Below are positions 13,255 to 25,992 of a stretch of 64,000 nt of DNA, one piece after another. A program made the translations under genes and the position numbers. The notes beneath the pieces are model-generated. The model searched no databases and had not been told where the DNA came from. It saw only the letters and a program-made list of their open reading frames with translations. Every line of letters starts with the position of its first letter. The stretch's first letter is position 1. The DNA is from Octopus bimaculoides (taxonomy: Eukaryota): NCBI RefSeq assembly GCF_001194135.2, contig NC_068990.1:11495973-11559972 (forward strand), given 5' to 3'.

Positions 13255-13571
13255 ATAAAATATATAGTTTTAGGGAAAATAACCAAGTTTCAAGAACTCA
13301 TCGATGAAAATCCACTATCACATATAGAAAAATTAATAATTAAAAGCACAATAAATGAGTATAATATAAGGTAAAGTAAATATCATAAGATAAATATAAT
13401 ATAATATTATATTATATTATATTATATTATATTTATCTTATGATATTTACTTTACTTTATATTATACTCATTTATTGTGCTTTTAATTATTAATTTTTCT
13501 ATATGTGATAGTGGATTTTCATCGATGAGTTCTTGAAACTTGGTTATTTTCCCTAAAACTATATATTTTAT
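13255..13571. repeat. Near-perfect 317-bp palindrome (two 151-bp arms, 15-nt spacer)
   Basis: 13255-13405 is the reverse complement of 13421-13571 with one mismatch found (taaggtaaag versus ctttacttta). Confidence 0.95.
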
Positions 13572-13737
13572 CTATAAAGCTCAATTTAATTTTAATTTTT
13601 TATAAATTGATTTTAATTGAGTTTTTACCTGTAATTTTGGATTTTGTCCCTAATATTATTATATATATATATATGGATATAGATATAAATGTTTATGTGT
13701 ATATGTATGTATGTATCTCTCTCTCTCTCTCTCTCTG

Positions 13738-13781
<44 letters not shown>

Positions 13782-13878
13782 CTTATCTATATGTCTGTCT
13801 ATCCATCAATCTCTCTCTCTCTATATATATATATTTCTCCCATTTTATTCTTATCTCCAGCCATTTTCTTTCCTCGTC

Positions 13879-13916
13879 ACTTTCTGTAGAAAAGTATAAG
13901 CTTGAAACGTCAAAGT
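13879..13916 (+). ncRNA. Minimal hammerhead-like motif (family H-B), best-preserved copy
   Basis: ACUUU-CUGUAGA-A-AAGU-AUAA-GCUU-GAAAC-GUC-AAAGU: stem I, stem II, GAAA and GUC triplet present; U at position 6. Confidence 0.6.
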
Positions 13917-14005
13917 CTCTTTTATTTTTCCTGACCGTCAAACTAATACACCTTGTTCGCTATTCCCTCACCTATCCCAGTCTTTTGGTTTTTGTACAAT
14001 TTTGA

Positions 14006-14053
<48 letters not shown>

Positions 14054-14559
14054 CATATATTAGACACACACACACACACACACACACATACATATGTACA
14101 TGTACCTTCATATACATATATATATTTAAATGTCTATATGCATATATGTACGCATGCACACATTCTTACACATAGGTGTTTTTGTATAGTATATAGATAT
14201 ACAAACATGCACGCACACGCACACACACACACATCGAGTGATATTTCTAGACCTTCTTAGGTATTAATCTAGACTGCACTATCTGTGTTTTGTTTGCTTT
14301 GTCGTCTTTTTTTTCTATTGAAAAAGCTTTTATGACTAATCTTTTTATGTTTTAGGGAATTCCATATATATACAAATGCATGTGTTATCAACAAATATTT
14401 GTTCTATCTAGTTCTTTAGTGCTGTGTAAAGTAATGTATTGCGATATATCTTTTTTTTATTATAAATACATTGTCAGCTGGCATGATAAATGCATGCTAC
14501 ATACAAAATACAACCAATGTAAATAGTTAGAGTTATAAAGTTTAACTTTCATGTTTGTA

Positions 14560-14870
14560 TTCAAAATTGTAAATTATATTAGTCATATGAAGTTTGTTCA
14601 GCTGCTTGCTAGCTTGTTATTTAGTTTTTGAAGAGGAGATTTTTCGTTTAAGCGTTTTTTTGTATTATATCATTAATGCTAGTTTATGGTTGTAATGTAC
14701 GTTGTATAGCGTATTCGTTTGCTCAATGGCTAGTATATATATTTGCTCATTGCAATACCCTTTATGTCTGCTTTGTTGTTTCCACTGTTCATTGCGTTTG
14801 GTGTATTTGTTATGTGGAATTTCTTTAAGTGTATATCCGATATTGATTGTGTTGGTATTGTTCTATTCAT
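14560..14870 (-). pseudogene. Possible Penelope-like endonuclease relic
   Basis: Minus-strand INIGYTLKEIPHNK...CNEQIYILAIEQTNTLYNVHYNHKLAL loosely matches the GIY-YIG YIGxTxxxFKxRYxNHK region. Confidence 0.3.
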
Positions 14871-15618
14871 TCCAGGTTGTAATACTTTAATTGTGGAAGA
14901 GAAGAGTCTAAAGGTTGTTGTTTTTTTTTTTGAGTAGGGATTTTATAATTTTTATTTTATCCTGAGGTGGATATTCATTATTTCCTGGCATGTGAATAAT
15001 TATTTGTTTGAGGGCTTTAGTGAAAACTAATGCAAACTATATTGATTTCACCTTCCTTTCACAAAGGAACTGTGAAAATCATGACCTCAGCCTTCCTTGA
15101 GGTCAAGCTTTATAAATATGTTTGTACTTAGAGGTAAACACACAATGCCTGTCTGTTGTATTTCCTATATATTTACATCTAAAAACAGAGTTGCTGTGTT
15201 GCACAAATTTTTGCTTAATCCTGCAGAATTGAAACCAGCCGTAGCAAACCCAAATACTTTACCTGTTTTATGATGAAACAGGTGAGGTCTAGTCTCACAT
15301 CTATCCTGCAGTGTCATTCTATAAAATAAGTAATATCATCAAAATTTCAAAGCTATCAGGTAATGCATGATTAATCCAAAACAGTGTGAATAAATAATTG
15401 TTGCATTCGACTGAGTGATCTTCTGAATGCTAAATGACAGGCCCGAGTAGGTTAGGCATTAATATTTGGAAAAGCTCAAGTGAAAGTCACTTATAGCAGT
15501 CTCTTTGGCCAAGAGCTTTGAGATAACAATAACTGACTCATTACATAAAAGTGTCACAATATCTTGAATGTGAATGAAACCCTGAGATGCAGTAATTTTG
15601 ATTACAATAAGAGTTTGA

Positions 15619-16131
15619 TAATTAGGTTGAGGAAAAATTTCCTGCACCGTGTTAAAAGAATGCTTTGTTATATATTTTTGTGGTGTGTGTGTTCATTCAA
15701 TTCATGTCATGTTCAAAGTACCTCAAGACTTGTTTGTCAAAAATGCACCTTGTTTCGGCAAGATAAGTCAAAGCCACATGCCACTAGAAGGACCAACAAC
15801 AAGACTGAAGAACTGGAGGATGTGGAAGTTCTACCACATCCAGCCTATAGTCCAGACGTTGCTTCATCTGACTACGGTCTTTTCCAATCAATGCAGCACT
15901 TTATGAAAAGTCGCCGATTTGAGTCATTTGAGGAAGTTGAAGAATTTTTCAATTCAAAGCCAAGGGATTGGTACTTTGACCAAACCTGAAAGCTTGCAGA
16001 CTGTTCGCAGAAGTTTACGGAATATGATGGTCTTTATTTTGAAGAATAGTTGTTGTTGTTTTTGAATAAATTCTTGCATAAAAATCATTATTTTAACACG
16101 GAATACAAACATTTTCTTCAACCTGGTATTA
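15619..16131 (+). mobile_element. Internally deleted mariner element with imperfect TIRs
   Basis: attaggttgaggaaaaatttcctgcaccgtgttaaaa versus ttttaacacggaatacaaacattttcttcaacctggta, TA flanks. Confidence 0.75.
15750..16049 (+). pseudogene. Mariner DD34D transposase C-terminal fragment (one in-frame stop)
   Basis: LFRQDKSKPHA...EVLPHPAYSPDVASSDYGLFQSMQHFMKSRRFESFEEV...WYFDQT*KLADCSQKFTEYDGLYFEE* matches HQDNAxPH, YSPDLAPSDYxLF and GxYFE motifs. Confidence 0.92.
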
Positions 16132-16800
16132 TAACATGTATCTTCCAGCCAGTGTGTTTGTCTAACTCTCTCTCTCTCTCTCTTTTGTTCTCCACCCTTT
16201 CTCTTTATGTATGCGTATATAGCTATAGATAGACAGATAGACAGACAGACAATAGACAGACAGACAATAGACCGACAGACGGACAGATAAATGTGTGTGT
16301 GTGTATATATATATATAGATATACATAGACATATATAAATAAATAAATCACATAAACACACACTGAGTAATTCAAAAGGAATTTTCAAGGAATTCAAATT
16401 ATGGTGGTGGTGGTGGTGGTGGTGGAGGTGGTAGTGGTGGTGGTTGTGGTGATAATGGTGGTGNNNNNNNNNNCACACACTGAGTAATTCAAAAGGAATT
16501 TTCAAGGAATTCAAATTATGGTGGTGGTGGTGGTGGTGGTGGAGGTGGTAGAGGTGAGGATTTTCGTGGTGGTAGTGATTGCGGTGACGATGATGATGAC
16601 GCTAGTACGCATGCACATGTGTGTGCGTATGCGTCTGTGCGTGAATGTGTATGTGCGATTGTACATGTGAATGCATGCATATGTTTGCATGTGAAATACA
16701 CATCAAATCACGTACTAAATTAAAGTGGAGTTAGATCAGTTGAACAAAAAACATAATTCTCCATTGTCAAAAACAAAAAAAAAACAAAGAAAAGTGCACC

Positions 16801-16834
<34 letters not shown>

Positions 16835-17546
16835 TTTCCACATATGTATGTGTATGCATGTTTGTAAGCACATACACATACACATACGCATTCAGAAAGA
16901 CACACACATGCACACATGCACAACCTCGTACATTCACATTCGTTCACGCACAATATTTTCATTTATTTAATGCATTTTACTCATGAGTTTTCACCTTTCA
17001 AAATTCAATACAGTCATTAGTTGCTGATTGATATTTCTATAACTGAAAATTTCATCTATTATTTGAACATTTCATCCAAAACTAAAACATTTATTGTACT
17101 AAAATTGCACCCAATTAGAGCATTTCTCTATTATAATTTTACTTATTCACTCACCTTCAACACTAATTTGAATTTACTGAAACATGTTTTAATTACATAT
17201 CTGCATGTATGTGTATTTGTTAGCGTGTTCGTAAGTGCGTTTTGATGTGCATGTGTGTGTGTGTGCGTTTGTGTTTGCTTGTTTGCATTACGCAGTTTCT
17301 GTACAAGAGGTTGTGTGACCTAAGTGAAATGCACATATGTGCACATATACGTTCGCGTGTTAGTATGTGTTTGTTTTATTAAAAGCAGTATGACCTGAGA
17401 GCAATGTGACTGTTTGGATCTATATGCGTGTATGTGTGCAAGTACGTGCATGCATATGTGAGACAATGTAAGTACGTATGTGTGCATGTGTGTGTTTGTG
17501 CATGTCTGATTTTCTGTATGTACATGTATGTGTTTGGGCATGTATG

Positions 17547-17596
<50 letters not shown>

Positions 17597-19074
17597 TGCA
17601 TCTCTATGTATTTGCTAATGTTTTAGAAGCAGTATGATCTGAACAAAGTAATTACAATTTTGTTCTTTATTCAATTATATTTTCAATCATAAATCCAGTA
17701 TTCCGTTATATTTCTCGCTATAATGTCGCAGTGCAAATACGTATTTTCTTTTTGTGCAACAGAGCTGAGCAAATGAATTGCATGTTCTAGCGACAATAAT
17801 ATTTTGCTAAGAGCATTCATTTAATATATTACTGTGATGGTGACGCTAATTTTACCTAATTAGGTTTAACCTAGTATTTAGTTCAGACATCTCAGATGAA
17901 TTTAATATAAAACAGGTTCAAGGTGGGGTTACGGTTAAGGCAAGATTTGAACTCACCATGTAAAGAAAGGTTACCAAGTACCTCAACCTAGTTTGTCCAT
18001 TGCTCTACTAATTTCAGCAACTAACTGCTATATCCATGCTAATAATAATTAAAGCTAAGGAGCTTAAATGAGACTGCTTGACCTACTAGAAATACAATGA
18101 AGGAAGATAAATTGGATAGTGTAGCATAAAATCAGGGCCATCCCTAAGGTTGCTGGTGCCCTGTCATCCTTTCTCCACTACTACTACTGCTGCTTAAACA
18201 ATTAAAGACAAGAATTCATATCAAATTAGCTGTTGCTAGCTACCTAGAACCCACAAAAGTGAAAAAGAGAGAAAGAGACAATCAGAAAAAAGGAAAATGT
18301 CCCTTACATTTGAAAACTATGGAAATATAAAAAAAAAAATATTTCATTTAATTTTTCCACAATTTAATTGTTTTTCAGGCTTTACTCTAAGTTGAAAAAG
18401 TCGCAAAGACTAAAACAAGTACTAAAATGTTCTTCATGATACAATTACTTTAGCATTTTCTACCTTGTGTTATTTCTTATTTTCCTTATACATATCAACT
18501 CATGTGTTCCTTTCCAACCTGCCATATATATATATACATATATTTTATATATATATGAAACTTCTACCAGTTTGGCATGATACATACTAACATATATGCA
18601 TCCATTACTTGCATAAATCCATACATACATATACACTCACATACATGCATAAATTTTATGCCTGCACTCATATTACTAAACTTGATACCTTAGCTTCTCA
18701 ATCTCATTCATTATTTTGTATACCTAAGATTTATATTTTCCATATCTACTTAATCTTAAAAGCATATCTTATAAACCATTTTTCTTTTTTTACTTTCAAT
18801 CTTAACTTCATCTTTTCAGCAAGCATATATGTTCCGTTCAAAGTAATTGCATTTTACACAAGTTGAGCCACTACACATCGTCTTAGAAACAAGGTTTTTA
18901 TTACCAGTAAGCTCTCAGCATTTTTTGATCATATTCTTTGAATACATTCCACCAATCTCTAAACTTTCTTCTTACGAACCCTGTCTACACTCTCTCTACT
19001 TACTAGAAACTGTTGCCAAATATCCTGTTCCTGTCTTAAATCTAGTGAGAAGACATTGCAAAAAATAGTCTTTC

Positions 19075-19319
19075 TTCTTTTTCTTCTTTTTCGCTCTTTT
19101 CAAGCCTAACCAGGCTCATGGGCCCGGTTTCCCAATTTCTATGGTGTATGTGTCCCGGCCCCCCAGCTGGACAGGACACCAGTCCATCGAAGCGTTACTC
19201 AAGAAACAGGAAGAAAGAGAGAAAGTTGGGGGTGAAAGAATACAACAGGGGTCACCACCATCCCCTGCCGGAGCCTCGTGGTGCTTTAGGTATTTCCGCT
19301 CAATAAACACACACAACGC
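19075..19319 (-). mobile_element. SINE family C (V-SINE-like domain), head lost in gap
   Basis: Reverse complement of the 58668 copy, including gatggactgg(c/t)gtcc and the catgagcctggttaggct tail. Confidence 0.85.
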
Positions 19320-19765
19320 NNNNNNNNNNAATTTTACTAAAGAGTAAAACACCCCCTTCCCTATCAATCCTATCCCACCCCACCCTTGCTTTCCCCACTC
19401 TGGCCTCCCCCACATCCCAACACCACCACACCACACTACTACACGGCACACCACCATATCACACACCATCACATCACATCACACCACCATGCACACACTA
19501 GCACTGGCCACTTCCCAGCACCCACACCGTCATCCACACACCTACACATGCACACGCACATGTCAAGGTCACCATCCCCCTTCCACATGTACATACATAC
19601 TCTCTTATACACGTGCACTCGCACCTTCATTTTGTGATCACTACTACTTTATTATCTCCCCTTCTTCCTAGCTCTCCTGTGTGACCCCTCTGTCCAGCAT
19701 TCACCACGATAGATCGCTAGCCACTACACAGTCTTTATTTTCTCTCCCTGTCTCTTTCTGTTTTC

Positions 19766-19801
19766 CTTTCCGTGGAAGAACGTAAGCTCGAAACATTAAA
19801 A
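19766..19801 (+). ncRNA. Minimal hammerhead-like motif (family H-B), decayed, within repeat 19660-19860
   Basis: CUUU-CCGUGGA-A-GAAC-GUAA-GCUC-GAAAC-AUU-AAAA followed by the shared tail ctttttcacttcccgaacgtt...atacatctgtttg. Confidence 0.45.
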
Positions 19802-20808
19802 ACTTTTTCACTTCCCGAACGTTATACTTATACATCTGTTTGATGTCAACACCATCTGCAAGTGATGCTGTCTGAGAGATATATTATGGTAGTGGATTAG
19901 TGTTTTAACTGCTATTTCTAAATTTTGGTATGTGGTGAAGCAATTTTTGCTGTACCCTAATTATAATTATGCTTATAATTATAAAACTTTTGTATAAGTT
20001 TACCGATAATGNNNNNNNNNNNNNNNNNNNNNNNNNNNNNNNNNNNNNNNNNNNNNNNNNNNNNNNNNNNNNNNNNNNNNNNNNNNNNNNNNNNNNNNNN
20101 NNNNNNNNNNNNNNNNNNNNNNNNNNNNNNNNNNNNNNNNNNNNNNNNNNNNNNNNNNNNNNNNNNNNNNNNNNNNNNNNNNNNNNNNNNNNNNNNNNNN
20201 NNNNNNNNNNNNNNNNNNNNNNNNNNNNNNNNNNNNNNNNNNNNNNNNNNNNNNNNNNNNNNNNNNNNNNNNNNNNNNNNNNNNNNNNNNNNNNNNNNNN
20301 NNNNNNNNNNNNNNNNNNNNNNNNNNNNNNNNNNNNNNNNNNNNNNNNNNNNNNNNNNNNNNNNNNNNNNNNNNNNNNNNNNNNNNNNNNNNNNNNNNNN
20401 NNNNNNNNNNNNNNNNNNNNNNNNNNNNNNNNNNNNNNNNNNNNNNNNNNNNNNNNNNNNNNNNNNNNNNNNNNNNNNNNNNNNNNNNNNNNNNNNNNNN
20501 NNNNNNNNNNNNNNNNNNNNNNNNNNNNNNNNNNNNNNNNNNNNNNNNNNNNNNNNNNNNNNNNNNNNNNNNNNNNNNNNNNNNNNNNNNNNNNNNNNNN
20601 NNNNNNNNNNNNNNNNNNNNNNNNNNNNNNNNNNNNNNNNNNNNNNNNNNNNNNNNNNNNNNNNNNNNNNNNNNNNNNNNNNNNNNNNNNNNNNNNNNNN
20701 NNNNNNNNNNNNNNNNNNNNNNNNNNNNNNNNNNNNNNNNNNNNNNNNNNNNNNNNNNNNNNNNNNNNNNNNNNNNNNNNNNNNNNNATATATATATATA
20801 TATATATA

Positions 20809-21222
20809 CAAGGTGGTTGTTAGGAAAGTGGAAAATTTATGAAATGCTGATTTATATTGTCACAAGATCTATTTAAGGTAATCAATAAGCATCAGAAAGC
20901 ATGATGCCATATCTACACTCACAAATGTTCAAAATGTCTTCCGTGCACTTTGTGACAGCATTTTAATCAAGAAATCCAAGCTCGTATGGCATTTGGAAGT
21001 GTAACTTGCGTGACGTCATTACAAGCTTTTATCAAGCTTGTTTTCAATTCATCAATGACAAATTGGATGGCATTGATATTTCTGTATCTCTCCTAATAAC
21101 AAGTTCCAGGAACAGTAGTCCATCACATTTAAATCCGGACTGTCACACAGTTTATAGATGATTTAATTAATACTCATTAGTTTGGCCTTCAAATTTTCCA
21201 CTTTTTTCTAGTAACCACCCTG
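20809..21222 (-). mobile_element. Tc1/mariner-superfamily deletion derivative with transposase C-terminus (20919-21056)
   Basis: TA-flanked TIRs caaggtggttgttaggaaagtggaaaattt / aaattttccacttttttctagtaaccaccctg; minus-strand IDELKTSLIKACNDV...*LKCCHKVHGRHFEHL*. Confidence 0.85.
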
Positions 21223-21374
21223 TATATACATGCATGCACATATACCACATATTTCTCGTTACATACATGTTAATGTTACAACAGCATTGTAGATTGCTTG
21301 AAGCATTGTTTTATCAGTGAAGGTAAAAAGAGAGAAAATAGAAAGCTTCTGACAATATGGAAAGTTTTATAAAA

Positions 21375-21412
21375 CCTTTATATTTCAGGCACAATGGCCC
21401 ATCTTCAGAAGA
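21375..21412 (-). ncRNA. Minimal hammerhead-like motif (family H-C)
   Basis: UCUU-CUGAAGA-U-GGGC-CAUUGU-GCCU-GAAAU-AUA-AAGG: canonical core, 4-bp stems I and II, palindromic AUAU in place of stem III. Confidence 0.55.
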
Positions 21413-21820
21413 AAAGCAGTCTGGGAAATGTCCAGTTTTGCAGGAACCTGCAACTCTCACAGCAACTTCCAATGCTAAGTGACAGTAATAACTCGCTATT
21501 TCATACAGTTGCTACTTTGCTGAATGGTTGCTACGACGTATGTGTTAAGCAAGAAGAGATGTACCTAAAACCAAAATTCCTCTGGCTCTGTCACAAGTGA
21601 CACTGCAGCACCCCTGATGTACAGAAACACCAACCATGGAACTGCAACACCGCCACCAACCTGAAACTCACTGAGGACACCAACCCACATACCAACAATA
21701 CCATGGATCTCACAGAATCTCTAAACCAGGATGGGCTCTGGCTCTTCAGCCTAGGGCCAAAATTGATCCTAACACAGAGGCTCAATGACAAGTTGAAGTT
21801 TGACATTGAGACCATCTTCC

Positions 21821-22024
21821 TTATTTCTTTATTGCCCACAAAGGGGCTAAACATAGAGGGGACAAACAAGGACAGATAAAGGGATTAAGTCGATTACATC
21901 GACCCCGAAAGGATGAAAGCAAAGTCGACCTCGACGGAATTTGAGCTCAGAATGTAACGGCAGATGAAATACCGCTAAGCATTTCGCCCGGCATACTAAC
22001 GTTTCTGCCAGCTTGTAGCCTTTT
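21821..22024 (-). mobile_element. SINE family B with 15-bp target-site duplication
   Basis: TSD ttgagaccatcttcc at 21806-21820 and 22025-22039. Confidence 0.93.
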
Positions 22025-23189
22025 TTGAGACCATCTTCCATCAGGCAGCATACAAACTCAAATAGGCCTCCAACATAAATGGACATTTCTCAGACTGTTT
22101 TTCCCCCCTAAAGATGGGCCTATGTGGCTGAAATATAAAAGTCTTATAAAATTTTCCGCATTGTCAGAAGCTTTCTATTTCCTTTCATGTTAATATTATG
22201 TCAACTGTTAAGCATGAGGGATTGAAAGAATCCTTAGAGTAACAGCAAGAATACCTGGTGTTTTTTTTAAATCTTAACCCTTTATGATCTGTGTTCCAAT
22301 CCAGTCGTAGTCATATCTATCTTCAATCTTTCCAATGTCAATAAAATAATTTTGATTCAATTAACTTGCATTCATACAATTACCAGTACACCTCCCTCAA
22401 AATGTTTGTCTTGTGTCTGTGATTAAAATCATTATTAATCTATTGAAATATTTATTACAATAATGCATCAACTGTAGTTTTGAAGACAAAATGCAAGATC
22501 TAAAAGGTAAGTTGGCGGAAAAATTTCATTAAATTACCCATTACGATTTACAAAAATCCCTTTAGGGAGATTCCATGACAACTTTTTCAAAGCAGCTAAA
22601 AAACAGTCCCTCGATAAATTTACATAACTTTAATATGAGTATAACCTGCTCTAAGGTTTGAATCTTAGAATAGCTTTCCTTATATTGAAAATGAGAGAGC
22701 ATGGCCCCTGTCAGATGAATGCCTTAATTATGTTAGATGACTTTCTACCTAACATTTTTATAAGCAAAGCTGACTAAGATATTCCAACATGAAGGAGAAC
22801 AGAAGTAACATTCATTTGATGTAAATACAGAACTCATATATATTTTTAAATAGAACAACTTTGTCACCAACAGAGGTAGATTTTGTTTTTTAACAAACTT
22901 TCCATTTACACATGTTACTTCGTTGCAAATCATCTGCTTTCTATTATTCTTGCACTGTGTTCTTTGACAATATTTTGTATTACACGAGCTATCTAGATAA
23001 AAGAATCCATATATTACATTGATACTCATATCAATACATTAATTATCTATATATTGTATCACACAGACATAGAATATATTATAAGAATATACCAACACAC
23101 AACTTAGACACACAATAAACATCTCAAATATACAGAATATATATATATATGTGACAGTGGTAATGTGTTTTCTTCTTTTTTGTCACTAA

Positions 23190-23359
23190 CCTGGCAGAAA
23201 AGTTGATGTAAGTGAAATTCGTGTAGATAAGCATGGATAAGTGGTTAGAAGTTTGCTTCATAATCACATGTTTCTGGGTTCAGGCCGACTGTATGTCACC
23301 TTGGGCAAGTGTCTTCTACTATAGCCCCAGGCCAAATAAAACCTTGTGTGGATTTGGTA

Positions 23360-23362
<3 letters not shown>
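23190..23362 (+). mobile_element. SINE family A 5' half
   Basis: Head plus caccttgggcaagtgtcttctactatagcc, ends in (TA)n. Confidence 0.8.
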
Positions 23363-23414
<52 letters not shown>

Positions 23415-23547
23415 GCAGTAGTGGTGTCAATGAGACCCAGAGGTGTCAGGTAATGCTGAGTAAGTGCTATGGATAGACCATAGTTAAGCTCCAGGTTCGG
23501 TGATTATGTCAATATGGGGTCCAACGTAGGTCATATATCAGTGTGTG

Positions 23548-23712
23548 TATATAAAGATTTACTTTTCATAATGAGATAAAAAAAAAGACCAAGGCTGTGT
23601 AGATTTTAGAACATTTATAAATAGGTCTTACAACTTCTACTTATAAATGTTCTAAAATTTACACAGCCTTGGTTTTTTTTTTATCTCAATACGAAACGTA
23701 AATCTTTATATA
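23548..23712. repeat. Imperfect hairpin, about 72-bp arms, 20-nt spacer
   Basis: accaaggctgtgtagattttagaacatttataa versus ttataaatgttctaaaatttacacagccttggt, extending outward to tatataaagatttac / gtaaatctttatata. Confidence 0.9.
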
Positions 23713-23749
23713 TATACATACATATCCCAGTGACCTGTAATAAACACCT

Positions 23750-23908
23750 GTGTTGGTCATACATTAAACACACCCAGAACAATCTGTAGAGTGGTTGGAA
23801 TTGGGAAGGGCATCCAGCCATAGAAGCCAAACCAAAGCAGACTGGGGCCTGGAGTAGCTCTCCAGTCAAACTGTCTAACCCATGCCAGTATGGAAAACAG
23901 ATGTTATA
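23750..23908 (+). mobile_element. RTE-type 3' tail fragment
   Basis: gagtggttggaattgggaagggcatccagccatagaa...aacccatgccagtatggaaaacagatgtta. Confidence 0.7.
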
Positions 23909-24107
23909 TGTTTTTATATATAAGGGCGTGTGTGTCTTTCAGTTTGTGTCTGTTCCTTTATACCGCTTGACAACTGGTGTTAACGTATTTACATCCCTTA
24001 GTTTGACACAAGAGTCCAATAGAATAATTACCAGGCTTTAAAAAATATCGAGTACTATGGGGATGGGGGGGGGGATGTAATTAAACAGGGAAGGAAGAGG
24101 TCATTGA

Positions 24108-24315
24108 CTACTACAATTGTTTCAAAAGCATATAAAATGTATCTTACATTACAAATATCTCATAACTGTCCGGTATGCTTTGCTTACAGGTACATACGAC
24201 TTTTTAGTTGAAAATAGTTTGCTGACAGATTAAGGATAAAGAACAATGAATAGTCAAGGAACATTCATAATATTATGTAAGATACGTCCAACATGTTTTT
24301 GAAACAACTGTAGTA
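24108..24315. mobile_element. Small inverted-repeat (MITE-like) element
   Basis: actacaattgtttcaaaagcat...gtatcttacat versus atgtaagatac...atgtttttgaaacaactgtagt. Confidence 0.5.
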
Positions 24316-24604
24316 CTCAGTATCCTCTCCTTTTATTTATAGATTTATAGATTTGATTGCCACATTATAAGCAATGGTTGTTACCCTCAAAAGGAAATTG
24401 TTGAGCACTTATTAACTTATTGGAATTTTCTGTATAATCTTGATATGGGGCAAACTGCATTTGATGCATTGATGAATAAATTTTATTGATCATTTATTGA
24501 GTTATATGCATTTTCTATATAAGCCACATTTATTTTAGAGACTAACAAACTGTGTTTTAATATGATCACCCAACTGATCATATTGCATTATTATTATTAC
24601 TAAA

Positions 24605-24824
24605 TACGAGGTAGTGCTGAACATTTCCTGGCTTTAAGGGTATTGCAAAAGCCTGGTTGCAGGCCCAACTTTCTGAGTTCTTTTTACAGGTTTTAGAAAA
24701 GCTGAAGGACCACTGCAATAAGTGTGTGAATCTGAGAGGGGAATATGTTGAATAAAATCATAATTAACTGATCCTCCTGTATTTGCTTTTACCAAAACCC
24801 AGCAATTTTTCAGCACTCTCTCAT
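24605..24824 (+). mobile_element. Mariner-derived MITE, copy 3
   Basis: Starts tacgaggtagtgctgaacatttcctggctt; internal LEKLKDHCNKCVNLRGEYVE* resembles a mariner transposase C-terminus. Confidence 0.85.
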
Positions 24825-24849
24825 GTGTGTGTTTATATGTTTATAGTCT

Positions 24850-25163
24850 TTTATTCTTTTACTTGTGTTCAGTCATTTGATGGCAGCCATGCTGGAGCAC
24901 TGGCTTTAGTCGAGCAAATCGACCCCAGGACTTAGTTTTTGTAAGCCTAGTACTTATTGTATCGGTCTGCCAAACTGCTAAGTTATGGGGACATAAACAC
25001 ACCAGCATCAGGTTTCTTTCAGTTTCCATCTACCAAATCCACTCACAAGGCTTTTGTCGGCCTGAGACTATAGTAGAAGACACTTGCCCAAGGTGCCATG
25101 CAGTGGGACTGAACCCGGAACCATGTGGTTGGTAAGCAAGCTACTCACCACACAGTCACTCCT
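24850..25163 (-). mobile_element. SINE family A with an internal deletion removing the microsatellite
   Basis: Junction cacaccagcatcaggtttctttcag; intact head ggttcagtcccactgc on the minus strand. Confidence 0.88.
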
Positions 25164-25992
25164 ATATATGTTGTTGATGTCATGGGAATTTAGAAATTTT
25201 AAAAGAGTATGAAATAATTCTTTTTCAGATCAGCGAAAAATTCAAAAATAATAGCGTGTGGAATATTGGGTTAAAAAAATAACCCTTTGGATCGAAAAAG
25301 TTGAAGGCTGATGAATAATAAAGAGTCATTGCCATACTTTGCATACAAGTTCTTCTGATGACAACTAGGACTGAGTTCTGCTCCCAAATTCAAGTGCAAA
25401 ACTGATTAGTAAAGTCAGCTGAAATGGATCTATAATACTGTGTTGTATAAATATTAATATAGTAACTCTATTGACAAATATACGAGAGCCTGTTTTTTTC
25501 CTCTGACTTATGGATTCTTAAATGAATATATGTTTATATATANNNNNNNNNNNNNNNNNNNNTATATATATGGATACATTATCTTTTTGCATATATTTTT
25601 GACTGACGAATAAAGTATATTGATTAACTTACCCTACTCAAGAGTATTCATCAAATGTTGATTTATCCTACTGAAGTCAGATGAGGGAATATTCGGTTAT
25701 TTACTGGGAAAATAGAGTGAAGTGAAACTCCATTTAATTCTCTAGACCCAAGCGTAATTTTTTTTATCAATATCGAATTTTGTGAACAATGCCATCATTG
25801 GTTACTGGATGCCAGGGAGCCAATAATTGGTTCACTGCATTTCTGGTAGTGAGAGTAACAAGGGAATTTCTCTGGGAATAAATACCATGGAAGATATTTT
25901 TATATTTCAAAAGTTCCATTTTTCTTTTTTTTTATTTTGCGTTTTGCATCATTCTTCAATACACGTCCATCAGCAAAAGATACTCTCACACA

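Larger units (their letters stand above)
21336..22180 (+). mobile_element. Penelope-like relic: inverted terminal repeats with hammerhead-like cores around an N-terminal ORF fragment, interrupted by a SINE
   Basis: About 70-bp inverted repeat 21336-21404 / 22111-22180; single frame 21394-21820 with one stop includes ESLNQDGLWLFSLGPKLILTQRLNDKLKFDIET, resembling the PLE N-terminal LSLGPKF motif. Confidence 0.6.

Noticed and set aside
16358-16555. Direct duplication of about 80 bp either side of a 10-N gap
   Set aside because: Typical unmerged contig overlap in scaffolding, probably not biological.
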